From the NCBI GenBank assembly GCA_965226585.1, contig OZ245366.1, positions 1,376,001 through 1,440,000 on the forward strand: DNA of 64,000 bases. The letters run 5' to 3'. Made by a program: the position numbers and the translations under genes. The notes below the pieces were generated by a model. That model was not told the origin of the DNA and did not search any database. It saw only the letters and a program-made list of their open reading frames with translations. This DNA is from Thermodesulfobacteriota bacterium. GTDB lineage: Bacteria; Desulfobacterota_D; UBA1144; Nemesobacterales; Mycalebacteriaceae. Positions 29,023-38,855 of the stretch are shown in pieces; within the stretch, counting starts at the first letter, position 1, and every line of letters starts with the position of its first letter.

Positions 29023-31887
29023 ATGATACTGGAAGACCTTTTTCACGGCCCCAACTCAGCTGTTGTGGTTGAACTTTACAACCGCTATCTGGAAGACCCC
29101 GGCTCAGTTGACCCTGAAACGCGCGCCCTGTTTGATGCGTGGTCTCCGCTCAGAAGCGGCTCGGCGGCAAACGGCTCATCCGCCCGGCCGGCACAGGCGG
29201 CGGAAGCGGGCGGCACAGAGGCGGCGGATTCATCAAGTATGGCGGGTGTGGCAAATCTCGCGCAGGCGATACGGCTCAACGGACACCTTGAAAGCAAAAT
29301 AGACCCTCTGGGAAATCCCCCCAAAGAAGACCGGCTTCTAAACCTTAAGTTTTACGGAGTTACGGAGAAACAGGCGGCCGCTCTTCCGGCGTCAATAATC
29401 AAAAGCCCGGCGGCGAGGGGATGCTCAAACGCCCTTCAGGTTATTGAAAAAATGAAAGAGATTTACTCCTCTTTTTCCGGCTACGATTTTCAGCACATCT
29501 ACTATTCGCAAGAGCGTCTGTGGATGATAAACGCCGTGGAATCGGGCAAGTTCAGACCCCCCGTCAGCCCGGTTGACATGAAGCACACTCTGGAACAACT
29601 GTCCAAAGTGGAAGCGCTTGAAAAGTTTCTGCACAAGGTGTTTCCGGGCAAATTCCGCTTCTCCATTGAAGGCGTGGATATGCTGGTGCCGATGCTCAAC
29701 GAGTTTATGCTTCTGGCGTCAAATTCGGGCGTTTATCACGTAACGATGGGAATGGCGCACAGGGGGCGGCTCAATGTGATGCACAACGTGATGGACAAGC
29801 CGTACGACCAGTCTCTTGTGAAGTTCAAAGACCCCGTGCACGAAAGAGATTTCAGAGACGACATGGGCTGGACGGGCGATGTGAAATACCACGAGGGGGC
29901 TACAAAACCGCTTAAACTCAACGGAAACGGCGCGGCGGCGTCTGAAGTGCTGGAGATAGTTCTGGCTCCAAACCCCAGCCACCTTGAATCGGTTAATCCG
30001 GTTATTCAGGGAATGGCGCGGGCATCCGGAACGGAATCATCATCCGCCGGCGCTCCGGAGTTTGACCTGAAATACTCCATGCCCGTTATCGTCCACGGAG
30101 ACGCCGCGTTTCCCGGACAGGGCATAAACGCCGAAACGCTCAACATGTCTCTCATTCCGGGATACAGAACGGGCGGAACTCTGCACATAATAACGAACAA
30201 CCAGATCGGCTACACCACCATTCCGTCTGACAGCAGAAGCACGCTCTATTCAAGCGACCTTGTGAAAGGGTTTGAGGTGCCGGTAATCCACGTCAACGCA
30301 GACCATCCGGAGGCGTGCGCCGAGGCGATAAGAATCGCGTTCGCCTACATAAGAGAGTTCAACAAGGATTTTCTGATAGACATCGTGGGATACCGCAGAC
30401 ACGGGCACAACGAGGGAGACGAGCCCGGTTTCACACAGCCCCTGCTTTACGACAACATCAGAAAGCACCCGACCGCAAGGGAAATTCTCGCCGCCCGGTG
30501 CGCGGAGGACGGAACGGTTGAAAAGGCGGATTCAGACAAGATGTTTGAAGACCAGATTGAAAGCCTGACACAGATATTTGAATCTCTTCCGGCAAGCATG
30601 GAAGAAGGAGACCGCAACATTGTGGTTCCCGAACAGGGGATTGCGAGGAAAGTCAAAACCGCGTTCTCTGCGGCAAAACTGAAAGAGATAAATAAGTCCC
30701 TTCTTGAGATGCCCGAAGGGTTCACGATGAACGGCAAGGTGCGCAAATCCCGCGAAAAACGGCTCACGGCTTTGAAAGACTCGCAAACCCCCTCGGTTGA
30801 CTGGGCAACGGGAGAGGAGATGTGCTACGCATCCATACTGGCGGACGGAATTCCCGTCAGGTTCACCGGGCAGGACTGCCAGAGGGGAACGTTCAGCCAT
30901 CGCCACGCCGTTCTTCACGATTCCGTTACGGGCAAAGAATTTGTGCCGCTTCAGGAAATTCCGCAGGCAAAAGCGTCTTTTGAGATTATCAACAGCCCGC
31001 TCACAGAAAACGCCTGCATCGGTTTTGAATACGGATACAGCATTCAGAGAACAGACACGCTTGTAATTTGGGAGGCGCAATACGGCGACTTCATAAACGG
31101 AGCGCAGCCGCTTATAGACGAATACGTTGTCTCCGCCCGTTCCAAGTGGGGGCAGTATCCTTCGCTTGTTCTGCTTCTGCCTCACGCCTACGAAGGGCAG
31201 GGACCCGACCACTCAAGCGCGCGGCTTGAAAGGTTTCTCGCAATGGCGGCGGAAAAAAACATGAGAATTGTGAACTGCACCACTTCCGCGCAGTTCTTTC
31301 ACGTTATGAGGAGGCAGGCGCTTCTGCTTGAAAAAGATCCGCTTCCGCTTGTCGTGATGACACCCAAGGGACTGCTGAGAAACCCGCTTGTGTCGTCATC
31401 GCTGAAAGAGTTTTCATCGGGCGGATTTATGCCCGTCATAGACGACCCGGTTGACGCGCGCGGAGCGAAGAAAGTCCGCAGGGTGGTTCTGTGCAGCGGA
31501 AAGGTGGCGGTAGACCTTGAGATGTCGGAACTGAGGAAGAAACACCCGGAAGTGGCGATAGTGAGAGTGGAGCAGCTTTACTATGCTCCGGTTGATGAAA
31601 TAGAGGCGGCGGTTGAGAGATACACGGGAGTAAAAGAACTGCTTTGGCTCCAGGAAGAGCCGGTAAACATGGGCGCGTGGGACTTTATGAGCCCAATTTT
31701 GCGCAAGATGGCGCACGCGAGAAAGATACCGCTCAGTTTCCTCGGGAGGCGGCGCAACTCAAGTCCGGCGGAAGGTTCGCTTTCCATGCACAAGGTTAAT
31801 CAGGCTATACTTATTGAACAGGCGTTCAAGACCGAGGAAAATGAGAACATAGAAAAAAGCGGAATTGTGATAGTAAATGATGTTTAA
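29023..31887 (+). CDS. sucA: 2-oxoglutarate dehydrogenase E1
   Basis: GMAHRGRLN, GDVKYH, NPSHLE, HGDAAF, GYRRHGHNE, WEAQYGDF, GQGPDHSSAR. Confidence 0.97.
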   Translation: MILEDLFHGPNSAVVVELYNRYLEDPGSVDPETRALFDAWSPLRSGSAANGSSARPAQAAEAGGTEAADSSSMAGVANLAQAIRLNGHLESKIDPLGNPPKEDRLLNLKFYGVTEKQAAALPASIIKSPAARGCSNALQVIEKMKEIYSSFSGYDFQHIYYSQERLWMINAVESGKFRPPVSPVDMKHTLEQLSKVEALEKFLHKVFPGKFRFSIEGVDMLVPMLNEFMLLASNSGVYHVTMGMAHRGRLNVMHNVMDKPYDQSLVKFKDPVHERDFRDDMGWTGDVKYHEGATKPLKLNGNGAAASEVLEIVLAPNPSHLESVNPVIQGMARASGTESSSAGAPEFDLKYSMPVIVHGDAAFPGQGINAETLNMSLIPGYRTGGTLHIITNNQIGYTTIPSDSRSTLYSSDLVKGFEVPVIHVNADHPEACAEAIRIAFAYIREFNKDFLIDIVGYRRHGHNEGDEPGFTQPLLYDNIRKHPTAREILAARCAEDGTVEKADSDKMFEDQIESLTQIFESLPASMEEGDRNIVVPEQGIARKVKTAFSAAKLKEINKSLLEMPEGFTMNGKVRKSREKRLTALKDSQTPSVDWATGEEMCYASILADGIPVRFTGQDCQRGTFSHRHAVLHDSVTGKEFVPLQEIPQAKASFEIINSPLTENACIGFEYGYSIQRTDTLVIWEAQYGDFINGAQPLIDEYVVSARSKWGQYPSLVLLLPHAYEGQGPDHSSARLERFLAMAAEKNMRIVNCTTSAQFFHVMRRQALLLEKDPLPLVVMTPKGLLRNPLVSSSLKEFSSGGFMPVIDDPVDARGAKKVRRVVLCSGKVAVDLEMSELRKKHPEVAIVRVEQLYYAPVDEIEAAVERYTGVKELLWLQEEPVNMGAWDFMSPILRKMAHARKIPLSFLGRRRNSSPAEGSLSMHKVNQAILIEQAFKTEENENIEKSGIVIVNDV

Positions 31888-31916
31888 TGACGGAGAAAAA
31901 AGAGGGAGGATATAGA

Positions 31917-33140
31917 ATGGCGACGGCAATTGTAGTTCCGGAACTTGGAGACTCAGTCATAGACGCAACTGTTGTGAAGTGGCTCAAACAAAAAGGTGAC
32001 GCCGTGAGAACGGGAGAGACCGTTGTTGAGCTTGAAACTGAGAAAGCGAACTTTGAAGTGCCCGCGACCACAAGCGGGGTAATATCCGAGGTTGGCAAAG
32101 CGGAAGGCGATGAAGTAAAGGTGGGCGATTCCCTCGGCTCCATAGACGAAGCCGCGAAACAACCTGAGGCTCAAACTTCGGAAGAACCCGAAAAACCCGC
32201 TGAGACCCCTCAGGCAACGCAAGAACCGCCCGCAAAAGCCGGGGAAGCGGAAACGCGCTCCACCCCGGTGGCAAGAAATGTTGCGCGCAACGAAAACATA
32301 GACATATCGCTGGTCAAGCCCGGCGAAGGCGGAAGGGTAACAAAAGAGGACGTGGAGAAAGCCGCCAGAGGAACAGACTCCGGCGCTCAGACCGGAGGCG
32401 CGGCGGAGAAAGACCCGTTCCCTTCGCTCTCCGCGCTTCACCGCAGAGAGGAAAACGTGAAGATGACCCCGCGCCGCAAAACCATAGCGCGGAGAATGAT
32501 TGAGGCTCAGCAAACTGCCGCCATTCTTTCAACCTTCAACGAGATTGACATGAGCGCGGTTATGGAACTCCGCAAAAGGCGCAAAGACGGTTTCAAGGAA
32601 AGGTACGGAGTTGGACTGGGAATGTCGTCTTTTTTCATCAAAGCCACAGTCGGCGCGCTCAAGGCGTTTCCGCAACTTAACTCAGAGATGCGGGGAGATG
32701 AGATTGTGTTCAAGCATTTCTACGACATCGGCGTTGCCATAGGAGCGTCAAGCGGGCTTGTGGTTCCCGTCATCAGAGAGGCGGACAAAAAGAGTTTCGC
32801 GGAGATTGAAAAAGAGGTCAGGGAACTCGCTGAGAAAGCCGAAGACGGAAAACTGAAGATAGACGAACTCATGGGCGGAACGTTCTCCATAACAAACGGG
32901 GGAATATTCGGCTCCATGCTCAGTACACCGATACTGAATCCTCCGCAGGTCGGCATACTCGGACTGCACGCGATTAAAGAGCGTCCGGCTGTTGTGGACG
33001 GAGAGGTCGGGATACGTCCCATTATGATGGTTGCCCTCAGTTACGACCACAGAGTTGTTGACGGAAGAGAGGCGGTTCAGTTCCTTGTGCGCCTCAAAGA
33101 ACTGGTTGAAGACCCTGAGTCTTTGCTGGTTGAGGGATAA
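31917..33140 (+). CDS. sucB: Dihydrolipoamide succinyltransferase E2
   Basis: Lipoyl ETEK motif, E3-binding domain, GGTFSITNGG, LSYDHRVVDG. Confidence 0.95.
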   Translation: MATAIVVPELGDSVIDATVVKWLKQKGDAVRTGETVVELETEKANFEVPATTSGVISEVGKAEGDEVKVGDSLGSIDEAAKQPEAQTSEEPEKPAETPQATQEPPAKAGEAETRSTPVARNVARNENIDISLVKPGEGGRVTKEDVEKAARGTDSGAQTGGAAEKDPFPSLSALHRREENVKMTPRRKTIARRMIEAQQTAAILSTFNEIDMSAVMELRKRRKDGFKERYGVGLGMSSFFIKATVGALKAFPQLNSEMRGDEIVFKHFYDIGVAIGASSGLVVPVIREADKKSFAEIEKEVRELAEKAEDGKLKIDELMGGTFSITNGGIFGSMLSTPILNPPQVGILGLHAIKERPAVVDGEVGIRPIMMVALSYDHRVVDGREAVQFLVRLKELVEDPESLLVEG

Positions 33141-35668
33141 TCGCGCCCTTCGTCCGGAAGACCGCGCAGAATTTCAAGAGACAGTTTTTTGAGTTCCGGA
33201 TGTTTTTCAAGTTCGGGGTCGCTTTTTAAAATCTCTTTCGCGCTTGCCTGCGCTTGAGTAAGAACGGCGGTGTCCATCACAAGGTCTGCGAAATGAAACT
33301 TTGCCGCCCCTGACTGTTTTGTTCCCAGAAACTCTCCCGGCCCTCTCATTTCAAGGTCTGTTTCCGCTATGGAAAAACCGTCCGGGTTTTTGCTTAAAAC
33401 CTCCAGCCTGCGAAGCCCCTCTTCCGAAATGCCCGGAGATTTCAAAAGTATGCACAGCGATTTGTGCTCGCCGCGCCCCACTCTGCCGCGCAACTGGTGT
33501 ATCTGCGAAAGCCCGAATCTATCTGCGTTTTCAATCACCGCGACTGTGGCGTCGGGAACGTCAATTCCCACTTCAACAACGGTTGTGGAAACAAGCACGT
33601 CCGTCCCGCCGTTTTGAAAATCAAGCATAACGGAATCCTTTTCCTGCGCCGGCATCTTTCCGTGAAGAACCGCTACCCGCGCCCCGGAAAGGTCTTTTCT
33701 CAAAGCGGACGCCGTATCAAAAACCCCCGCCACTCCTTCGGAACCGTCTTCCCCGCCGCCCCCTTCGGGGTCTATCAGCGGGCACACAACATAACAACGC
33801 CTGCCTGCGTCTATCTCAGTTTTCATCGCCTTTATCATCCTTCTTCTGTCGGGCGGCGAACTTCCCAGAATAACGGTTTTTACCTCCTTTCTTCCCTCCG
33901 GAAGCCCGCGAACGGTTACCACCTCAAGGTCGCCGTAAACCGTCATCGCGAGGGAACGGGGAATAGGTGTCGCCGTCATCACAAGGATGTCGGGAGAGCG
34001 TCCCTTGTCCACCAGTCTGTCGCGCTGGGCAACCCCGAACTTGTGCTGTTCGTCAACCACAACAAAACCCAGCCGCTTGAACTTGACCCTGTCGTATATG
34101 AGGGCGTGCGTTCCAACCACAATATCCGCCTCCCCGTTTGCCGTGCTTTCAAAATCCGCCCCGGAATCCCCGCCTTTGAGCACAACCGTTTTCAGCCCCG
34201 CCCCTTGTGTGCGCTCTGAGATAAACCGCGCGTGCTGTTCGGCAAGAATCTGGGTCGGAGCCATAAGAGCCGCCTGATAACCCGAATCAAGCGCCTTCAT
34301 AATCGCGAGAAGAGCTATCACGGTTTTGCCGCTTCCCACGTCTCCCTGAAGAAGCGCGTTCATCGGCAGAGGGCTTTCCATCCGCTCTTTGATGAAAGAA
34401 AGCGCGTCACTCTGCGAATCCGTGAGGCTGAACGGAAGTCCGTCAAAAAACCTGCGGTAGTGTTTGTCTTCGGGCTTGAAGCTTATTCCTCCCCCGTCGC
34501 GTCTTTCCCTTTTCTTCATCTCCATCGCGAGCCGGTGAATAAAAAACTCAAAAAAAGCCACCGTTTTCGGAGCCGGAAGCGTCCTGTCTTTTCCGCCGGC
34601 ATCCCATGCGGCGCGCGAAAAATCCGGGCAGTTGTCCGTTTTTTCAGGAAAGTGCATCTCCCCTACCGCTTCGGGCAGAGGAACAAGACCCTCCGCACAG
34701 TCGCCGGGCATAATGCCGTCAAGCAGTGATGAGCTGTCCGACACGTTTTTCATAATCGTTCTGAGCCGCCTCTGCCCCAGCCCTCCGGTGAGGGAATAGA
34801 CGGGAACAATGCGGTCTATGTGAATGCTTCCGCGCGCCTCGTCTTCTTTGTCAAGAACCTCAATTCTGTCGGGCGCGGGGTGCAAAATCTGCAAACTGCC
34901 CCGCCGGAAGTCCACGCCTATGTCGCCGCTCACAATCACCAATTTTCCCTTTTTGTACCTCTCCCTCATATACCGTTCGTCAAAATGAAACCAGACAAGG
35001 TCAAGCGCGGAGCCGCCCTCAGTCAGCACAACGCGGAACTGGGCTCCGGGTCCGGGGCGGGTTCTGCCTGCGGACTCCACCCTGCCTGAAACCGTCTGCC
35101 AGCTGTCTGCCACCGCCGAGGAAACGCCTTTGATTTCGCGCCTGTCTTCGTATCTCAGAGGAAAGTGGAACAGAGCGTCCATCACCGTGTGGATGTTTTT
35201 TTTCGCGAGAAGCGATGAGAATTTGTAGCCCACACCCTTTACGGAGTCTATCGCGCCGCGGAGAGCGGGCGGGCGTTTTGCCGCAGGAGCGGGGCGGGGC
35301 GCGGGCGGAGAGACAGACTGTGAAACCGCGCTTATGCTTGGAACGGCGCGCCTGAGAACTTCCATTTTTTCGGGCGCGGGAAGACCGTCAAAACCCTTAA
35401 ACATCTCTCTGATCGCGCGCAATTTTTCCAGATGTCCGGGCGGAGAAGTTGAGAAAAGTCTGCGGAAAACCGGGTCTGTGCTGTTTTCAAAGCCGCCGCT
35501 GAACCTGTCAAGATAGCGCGCTCCGCCGTCCAAAGCGCTCGACAGTCTTGACTCAAGATTCTTCAGCGCTTCGGTGTAAACGCCAAAGTCATCAGGATTT
35601 GCTCTTCTTCCCGGAATCTGCTTTCTTCCTGTAAATGGGTTTGATTGAACCGTCATCAAGACGCTCAA
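33077..35668 (-). CDS. recG: ATP-dependent DNA helicase RecG (start uncertain)
   Basis: FPLRYEDR, QGDVGSGKT, DEQHKFG, MTATPIPR, QLRGRVGRG, RGPGEFLGTKQSG. Confidence 0.95.
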   Translation of the reverse strand: MSVLMTVQSNPFTGRKQIPGRRANPDDFGVYTEALKNLESRLSSALDGGARYLDRFSGGFENSTDPVFRRLFSTSPPGHLEKLRAIREMFKGFDGLPAPEKMEVLRRAVPSISAVSQSVSPPAPRPAPAAKRPPALRGAIDSVKGVGYKFSSLLAKKNIHTVMDALFHFPLRYEDRREIKGVSSAVADSWQTVSGRVESAGRTRPGPGAQFRVVLTEGGSALDLVWFHFDERYMRERYKKGKLVIVSGDIGVDFRRGSLQILHPAPDRIEVLDKEDEARGSIHIDRIVPVYSLTGGLGQRRLRTIMKNVSDSSSLLDGIMPGDCAEGLVPLPEAVGEMHFPEKTDNCPDFSRAAWDAGGKDRTLPAPKTVAFFEFFIHRLAMEMKKRERRDGGGISFKPEDKHYRRFFDGLPFSLTDSQSDALSFIKERMESPLPMNALLQGDVGSGKTVIALLAIMKALDSGYQAALMAPTQILAEQHARFISERTQGAGLKTVVLKGGDSGADFESTANGEADIVVGTHALIYDRVKFKRLGFVVVDEQHKFGVAQRDRLVDKGRSPDILVMTATPIPRSLAMTVYGDLEVVTVRGLPEGRKEVKTVILGSSPPDRRRMIKAMKTEIDAGRRCYVVCPLIDPEGGGGEDGSEGVAGVFDTASALRKDLSGARVAVLHGKMPAQEKDSVMLDFQNGGTDVLVSTTVVEVGIDVPDATVAVIENADRFGLSQIHQLRGRVGRGEHKSLCILLKSPGISEEGLRRLEVLSKNPDGFSIAETDLEMRGPGEFLGTKQSGAAKFHFADLVMDTAVLTQAQASAKEILKSDPELEKHPELKKLSLEILRGLPDEGRDYPSTSKDSGSSTSSLRRTRN

Positions 35669-37841
35669 AGTCAGACGCGGTTTTGCATTTCGGATAACCG
35701 GAGCAGGCGAGAAACTCTTTGCCGTCTTTTCTGCGCTTTCTTATGACCATCGGTTTTTTGCACTTCTCGCACTTTACGTCCGTCTCCTGCGGTTTCTCTG
35801 TCGGTATGACAATTATTTTGTCTCCGTCTCTCTCAAAATTGGATGCGTTTTTGCACTTGGGATAACCCGAGCAGGCGAGAAACTCCGCGCCGTCACGCTT
35901 GCGCGCTTTTATCACCATCGGCTCACCGCATTTTTCGCACTTTATTCCCGTATCTTCCGGCTCCTCATCCTCTTTCGGAACTACAACGCCTCCCTTTCTC
36001 TCAAAGCCCGAAGCGTGTTTACATTCCGGATAACCGGAGCATGAGAGAAACTCGCCGCCGAGCCTCTTGCTTTTCACCACCATGGGCTTGCCGCATTTTT
36101 CGCATTTTATGTCCGTAACCTCAACCTCTTTCGCCGCCTTCTGCGCGTTCTCAATGCGTTTTTTAAGCCCAGTTTTTTCGTCAAGGTAGAAATCGCGCAG
36201 AAGCCCGTCCCATTTCTCGTCGCCCTGCTCGATTTTGTCCAGTCTTTCCTCCACGCCGGCGGTGAACTTTTCATCCATAATGTCGGGAAAATCTTTCACA
36301 AGGTAGTCGTTCACGGCGGCTCCCAGCTGTGTCGGGAAGAGGGCTTTTTTCTCAGTCTCAACATAACCCCTGTCTTGTATTGTGGACAGTATTGAAGCGT
36401 AGGTTGACGGGCGGCCGATGCCTTTGTTTTCAAGTTCTTTCACAAGAGACGCCTCGTTGTATCTCGGCGGCGGCTTTGTGAAATGCTGTGACGGCGTTAT
36501 GCCTGAGCATTTAAGTTCTTCGCCCTCGCCAAGCGGGGGGAGAACGGCGTCCGCTTCATCGTCTTTCTTTGCCGGGGGCGAAACCTTCCTCCATCCGGCA
36601 AAAACCGCCACCGTTCCCGTGGCGCGGAAAACGGCGGGACCCGCGCCTATGTCCGCCGTTGTTTTCTCATCAACCGCCGGGCTCATCTGGCTTGAGGCAA
36701 AACGCCTCCATATCAATTCGTACAGACGCGCCTGATCTTTTTCAAGAAACTTTTCCATCTCCTCAGGCGTTCTTTTGACGGATGTCGCCCTTATGGCTTC
36801 GTGAGCGTCCTGCGCGCCTTTGACCGCCTTGCTGACGTTGGGGGCGGAAGAGATAAACTCATCGCCGTATTTCTGTTTTATAAACTCCCGCGCCTCTTCA
36901 GCCGCTCTGGGAGAAAGCCGCACGGAATCGGTTCTCATGTAGGTTATCAGCCCGACCGGACCTTCGGAGCCAATCTCAACTCCCTCGTAAAGCCGCTGGG
37001 CAACGTTCATGGTTTTCTTCACCGAAAAGCCCAGTTTTGTTGACGCTTCACGCTGAAGGGTGCTTGTTATGAAAGGAACGGGCGGCTTGATGTTCATCTT
37101 TTTCCGCTCCACCGAGGAGACAACAAAACGCTCTTTTGCCACCGCCTTCACAATTTCGTTCGCCTTTTTCTCGTCCGGTATGTCGTCCCGCGAATCCTTA
37201 AAACTGCGGAACTGCGCGCTGAAACTGTCTCCGTTTTTGTTTGCCAGCCGCGCCTCAATTTTCCAGTACTCAACCGGATTGAACGCCTCTATCTCGCGCT
37301 CTCTTTTCACGACGAAGTTAAGGGCTATGCTCTGAACCCTGCCCGCGCTGAGAGAACCGCCTATCTTCCTCCAGAGCAGGGGGCTTACCTTGTAGCCGAC
37401 TATTCTGTCCAGTATGCGCCGCGCCTGCTGGGCTTCAAACTTCGCGCGGTTTATCTCTCCGGTGTTTTTGAAAGTTTCAAGCACGCCCTCTTTTGTTATC
37501 TCGCGTATCAGCACGCGCCGGGCTTTTCCCTCAAGTTTCAACTGCCGGGAGATGTGCCACGCGATTGCCTCTCCCTCTCTGTCAGGGTCGGTCGCGAGAT
37601 AGACGGTCTCTTTCCCTTTGGCGGATTTGCGCAGAGATTCAAGCACCTTGCCCTTGCCTTCTATCACTTTGTAGTCCGGTTTGAAACCGTTTTCCAGATC
37701 CACGCCGAGCCGGTCGTGGGTTTTGTTTGAAAGGTCAACTATGTGACCCACGGACGCCGCCACTTCGTACCCCTTTCCGAGGTAGTTCTGAATCGTTTTC
37801 GCCTTCGCGGGCGACTCAACTATTACAAGAGATTTAGCCAT
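35592..37841 (-). CDS. topA: DNA topoisomerase I with three C-terminal C4 zinc ribbons
   Basis: IVESPAKAKTI, ATDPDREGE, SAGRVQS, ITYMRTD, GIGRPSTY; three CEKC...CSGYP repeats. Confidence 0.97.
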   Translation of the reverse strand: MAKSLVIVESPAKAKTIQNYLGKGYEVAASVGHIVDLSNKTHDRLGVDLENGFKPDYKVIEGKGKVLESLRKSAKGKETVYLATDPDREGEAIAWHISRQLKLEGKARRVLIREITKEGVLETFKNTGEINRAKFEAQQARRILDRIVGYKVSPLLWRKIGGSLSAGRVQSIALNFVVKREREIEAFNPVEYWKIEARLANKNGDSFSAQFRSFKDSRDDIPDEKKANEIVKAVAKERFVVSSVERKKMNIKPPVPFITSTLQREASTKLGFSVKKTMNVAQRLYEGVEIGSEGPVGLITYMRTDSVRLSPRAAEEAREFIKQKYGDEFISSAPNVSKAVKGAQDAHEAIRATSVKRTPEEMEKFLEKDQARLYELIWRRFASSQMSPAVDEKTTADIGAGPAVFRATGTVAVFAGWRKVSPPAKKDDEADAVLPPLGEGEELKCSGITPSQHFTKPPPRYNEASLVKELENKGIGRPSTYASILSTIQDRGYVETEKKALFPTQLGAAVNDYLVKDFPDIMDEKFTAGVEERLDKIEQGDEKWDGLLRDFYLDEKTGLKKRIENAQKAAKEVEVTDIKCEKCGKPMVVKSKRLGGEFLSCSGYPECKHASGFERKGGVVVPKEDEEPEDTGIKCEKCGEPMVIKARKRDGAEFLACSGYPKCKNASNFERDGDKIIVIPTEKPQETDVKCEKCKKPMVIRKRRKDGKEFLACSGYPKCKTASDFERLDDGSIKPIYRKKADSGKKSKS

Positions 37842-37862
37842 TATTTTTTCTCCGCGCCGTAA

Positions 37863-38852
37863 TCATAACTCCGGCATTTCCAGACGTCCCGCCCATTCCC
37901 TGTTATCAACATACCACTCAATACAGGATTTGATTCCCTTCTCAATGTCAACACCGGGCTTCCAGCCGAGAACCGCTTCCGCTTTTGAAATGTCCGCCTC
38001 TGTGGCATACGAATCAGCGGGATGCGCCGGAGCGTGCTTTACAATCGCCTTTTTTCCGAGCGCGCCCTCTATTATGGCGATAATCCGGCTGACTGCAACC
38101 GAACTGCCGCCCGCTATGTTCACCGCCTCAAAACCAACGTCTTTAAGCGAAAGCAGTGTCGCCTTCGCAACGTCATCCACAAATGTAAAATCCCTGCTCT
38201 GACTGCCGTCTCCGTAGACCGCAATTTCCTCTCCTTCGGCAATGGCGCGGATAAAACGGAAAACTGACATATCCGGTCTGCCGGCGGGACCGTAAACCGT
38301 AAAATACCTGAGAACGGAAACGTCAATCTCTGAAAGTTTGTGATACGAGTGGCAAAGGGTTTCGCCCGCGGATTTTGACGCCGCGTAAGGGGAAAGCGGT
38401 CTGCCGGTTTGCGAGGAATCTTCGGAAAGCGGAAGCTCTCCGTCTCCGTAAACGCTTGACGATGAGGCAAAGACAAACTTTTTTATGCCGCGGGAACGGC
38501 AAATCTCAAGCAGGTTCAGGGTTCCAAGCACGTTTGTTTTGTAGTATTCAGAGGGAATTTCCGCGCTTTTTCTCACGCCCGCCCGCGCCGCGAGGTTGAT
38601 TACCGCCTGCGGGGAAAAGGAATCGCCCAGACCGTCAAAGAAAGACTCCATCTGCCGGGGCTCTGAAATGTCTGTCTTTTTGAAGGAAAAACCTTCTGAC
38701 GACGAAAGCGTTTTCAGACGTCTCTCTTTCAGCGCCGGGTCGTAAGAGTCGTTCAGGTTGTCCGCTCCGGCAACCCTGTCGCCCCTTTCAATCAGCATGG
38801 CGGACACCCGCGCCCCTATAAAACCCGCACAACCGGTTACAACAAAATCCAT
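37863..38852 (-). CDS. NAD-dependent nucleotide-sugar epimerase (UDP-glucuronate 4-epimerase-like)
   Basis: VTGCAGFIG, LAARAGVR, YAASK, RYFTVYGPAGRPDM. Confidence 0.9.
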   Translation of the reverse strand: MDFVVTGCAGFIGARVSAMLIERGDRVAGADNLNDSYDPALKERRLKTLSSSEGFSFKKTDISEPRQMESFFDGLGDSFSPQAVINLAARAGVRKSAEIPSEYYKTNVLGTLNLLEICRSRGIKKFVFASSSSVYGDGELPLSEDSSQTGRPLSPYAASKSAGETLCHSYHKLSEIDVSVLRYFTVYGPAGRPDMSVFRFIRAIAEGEEIAVYGDGSQSRDFTFVDDVAKATLLSLKDVGFEAVNIAGGSSVAVSRIIAIIEGALGKKAIVKHAPAHPADSYATEADISKAEAVLGWKPGVDIEKGIKSCIEWYVDNREWAGRLEMPEL

Positions 38853-38855
38853 CTT

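Noticed and set aside
35640..36120. Three imperfect nucleotide repeats
   Set aside because: Explained by the three TopA zinc-ribbon repeats
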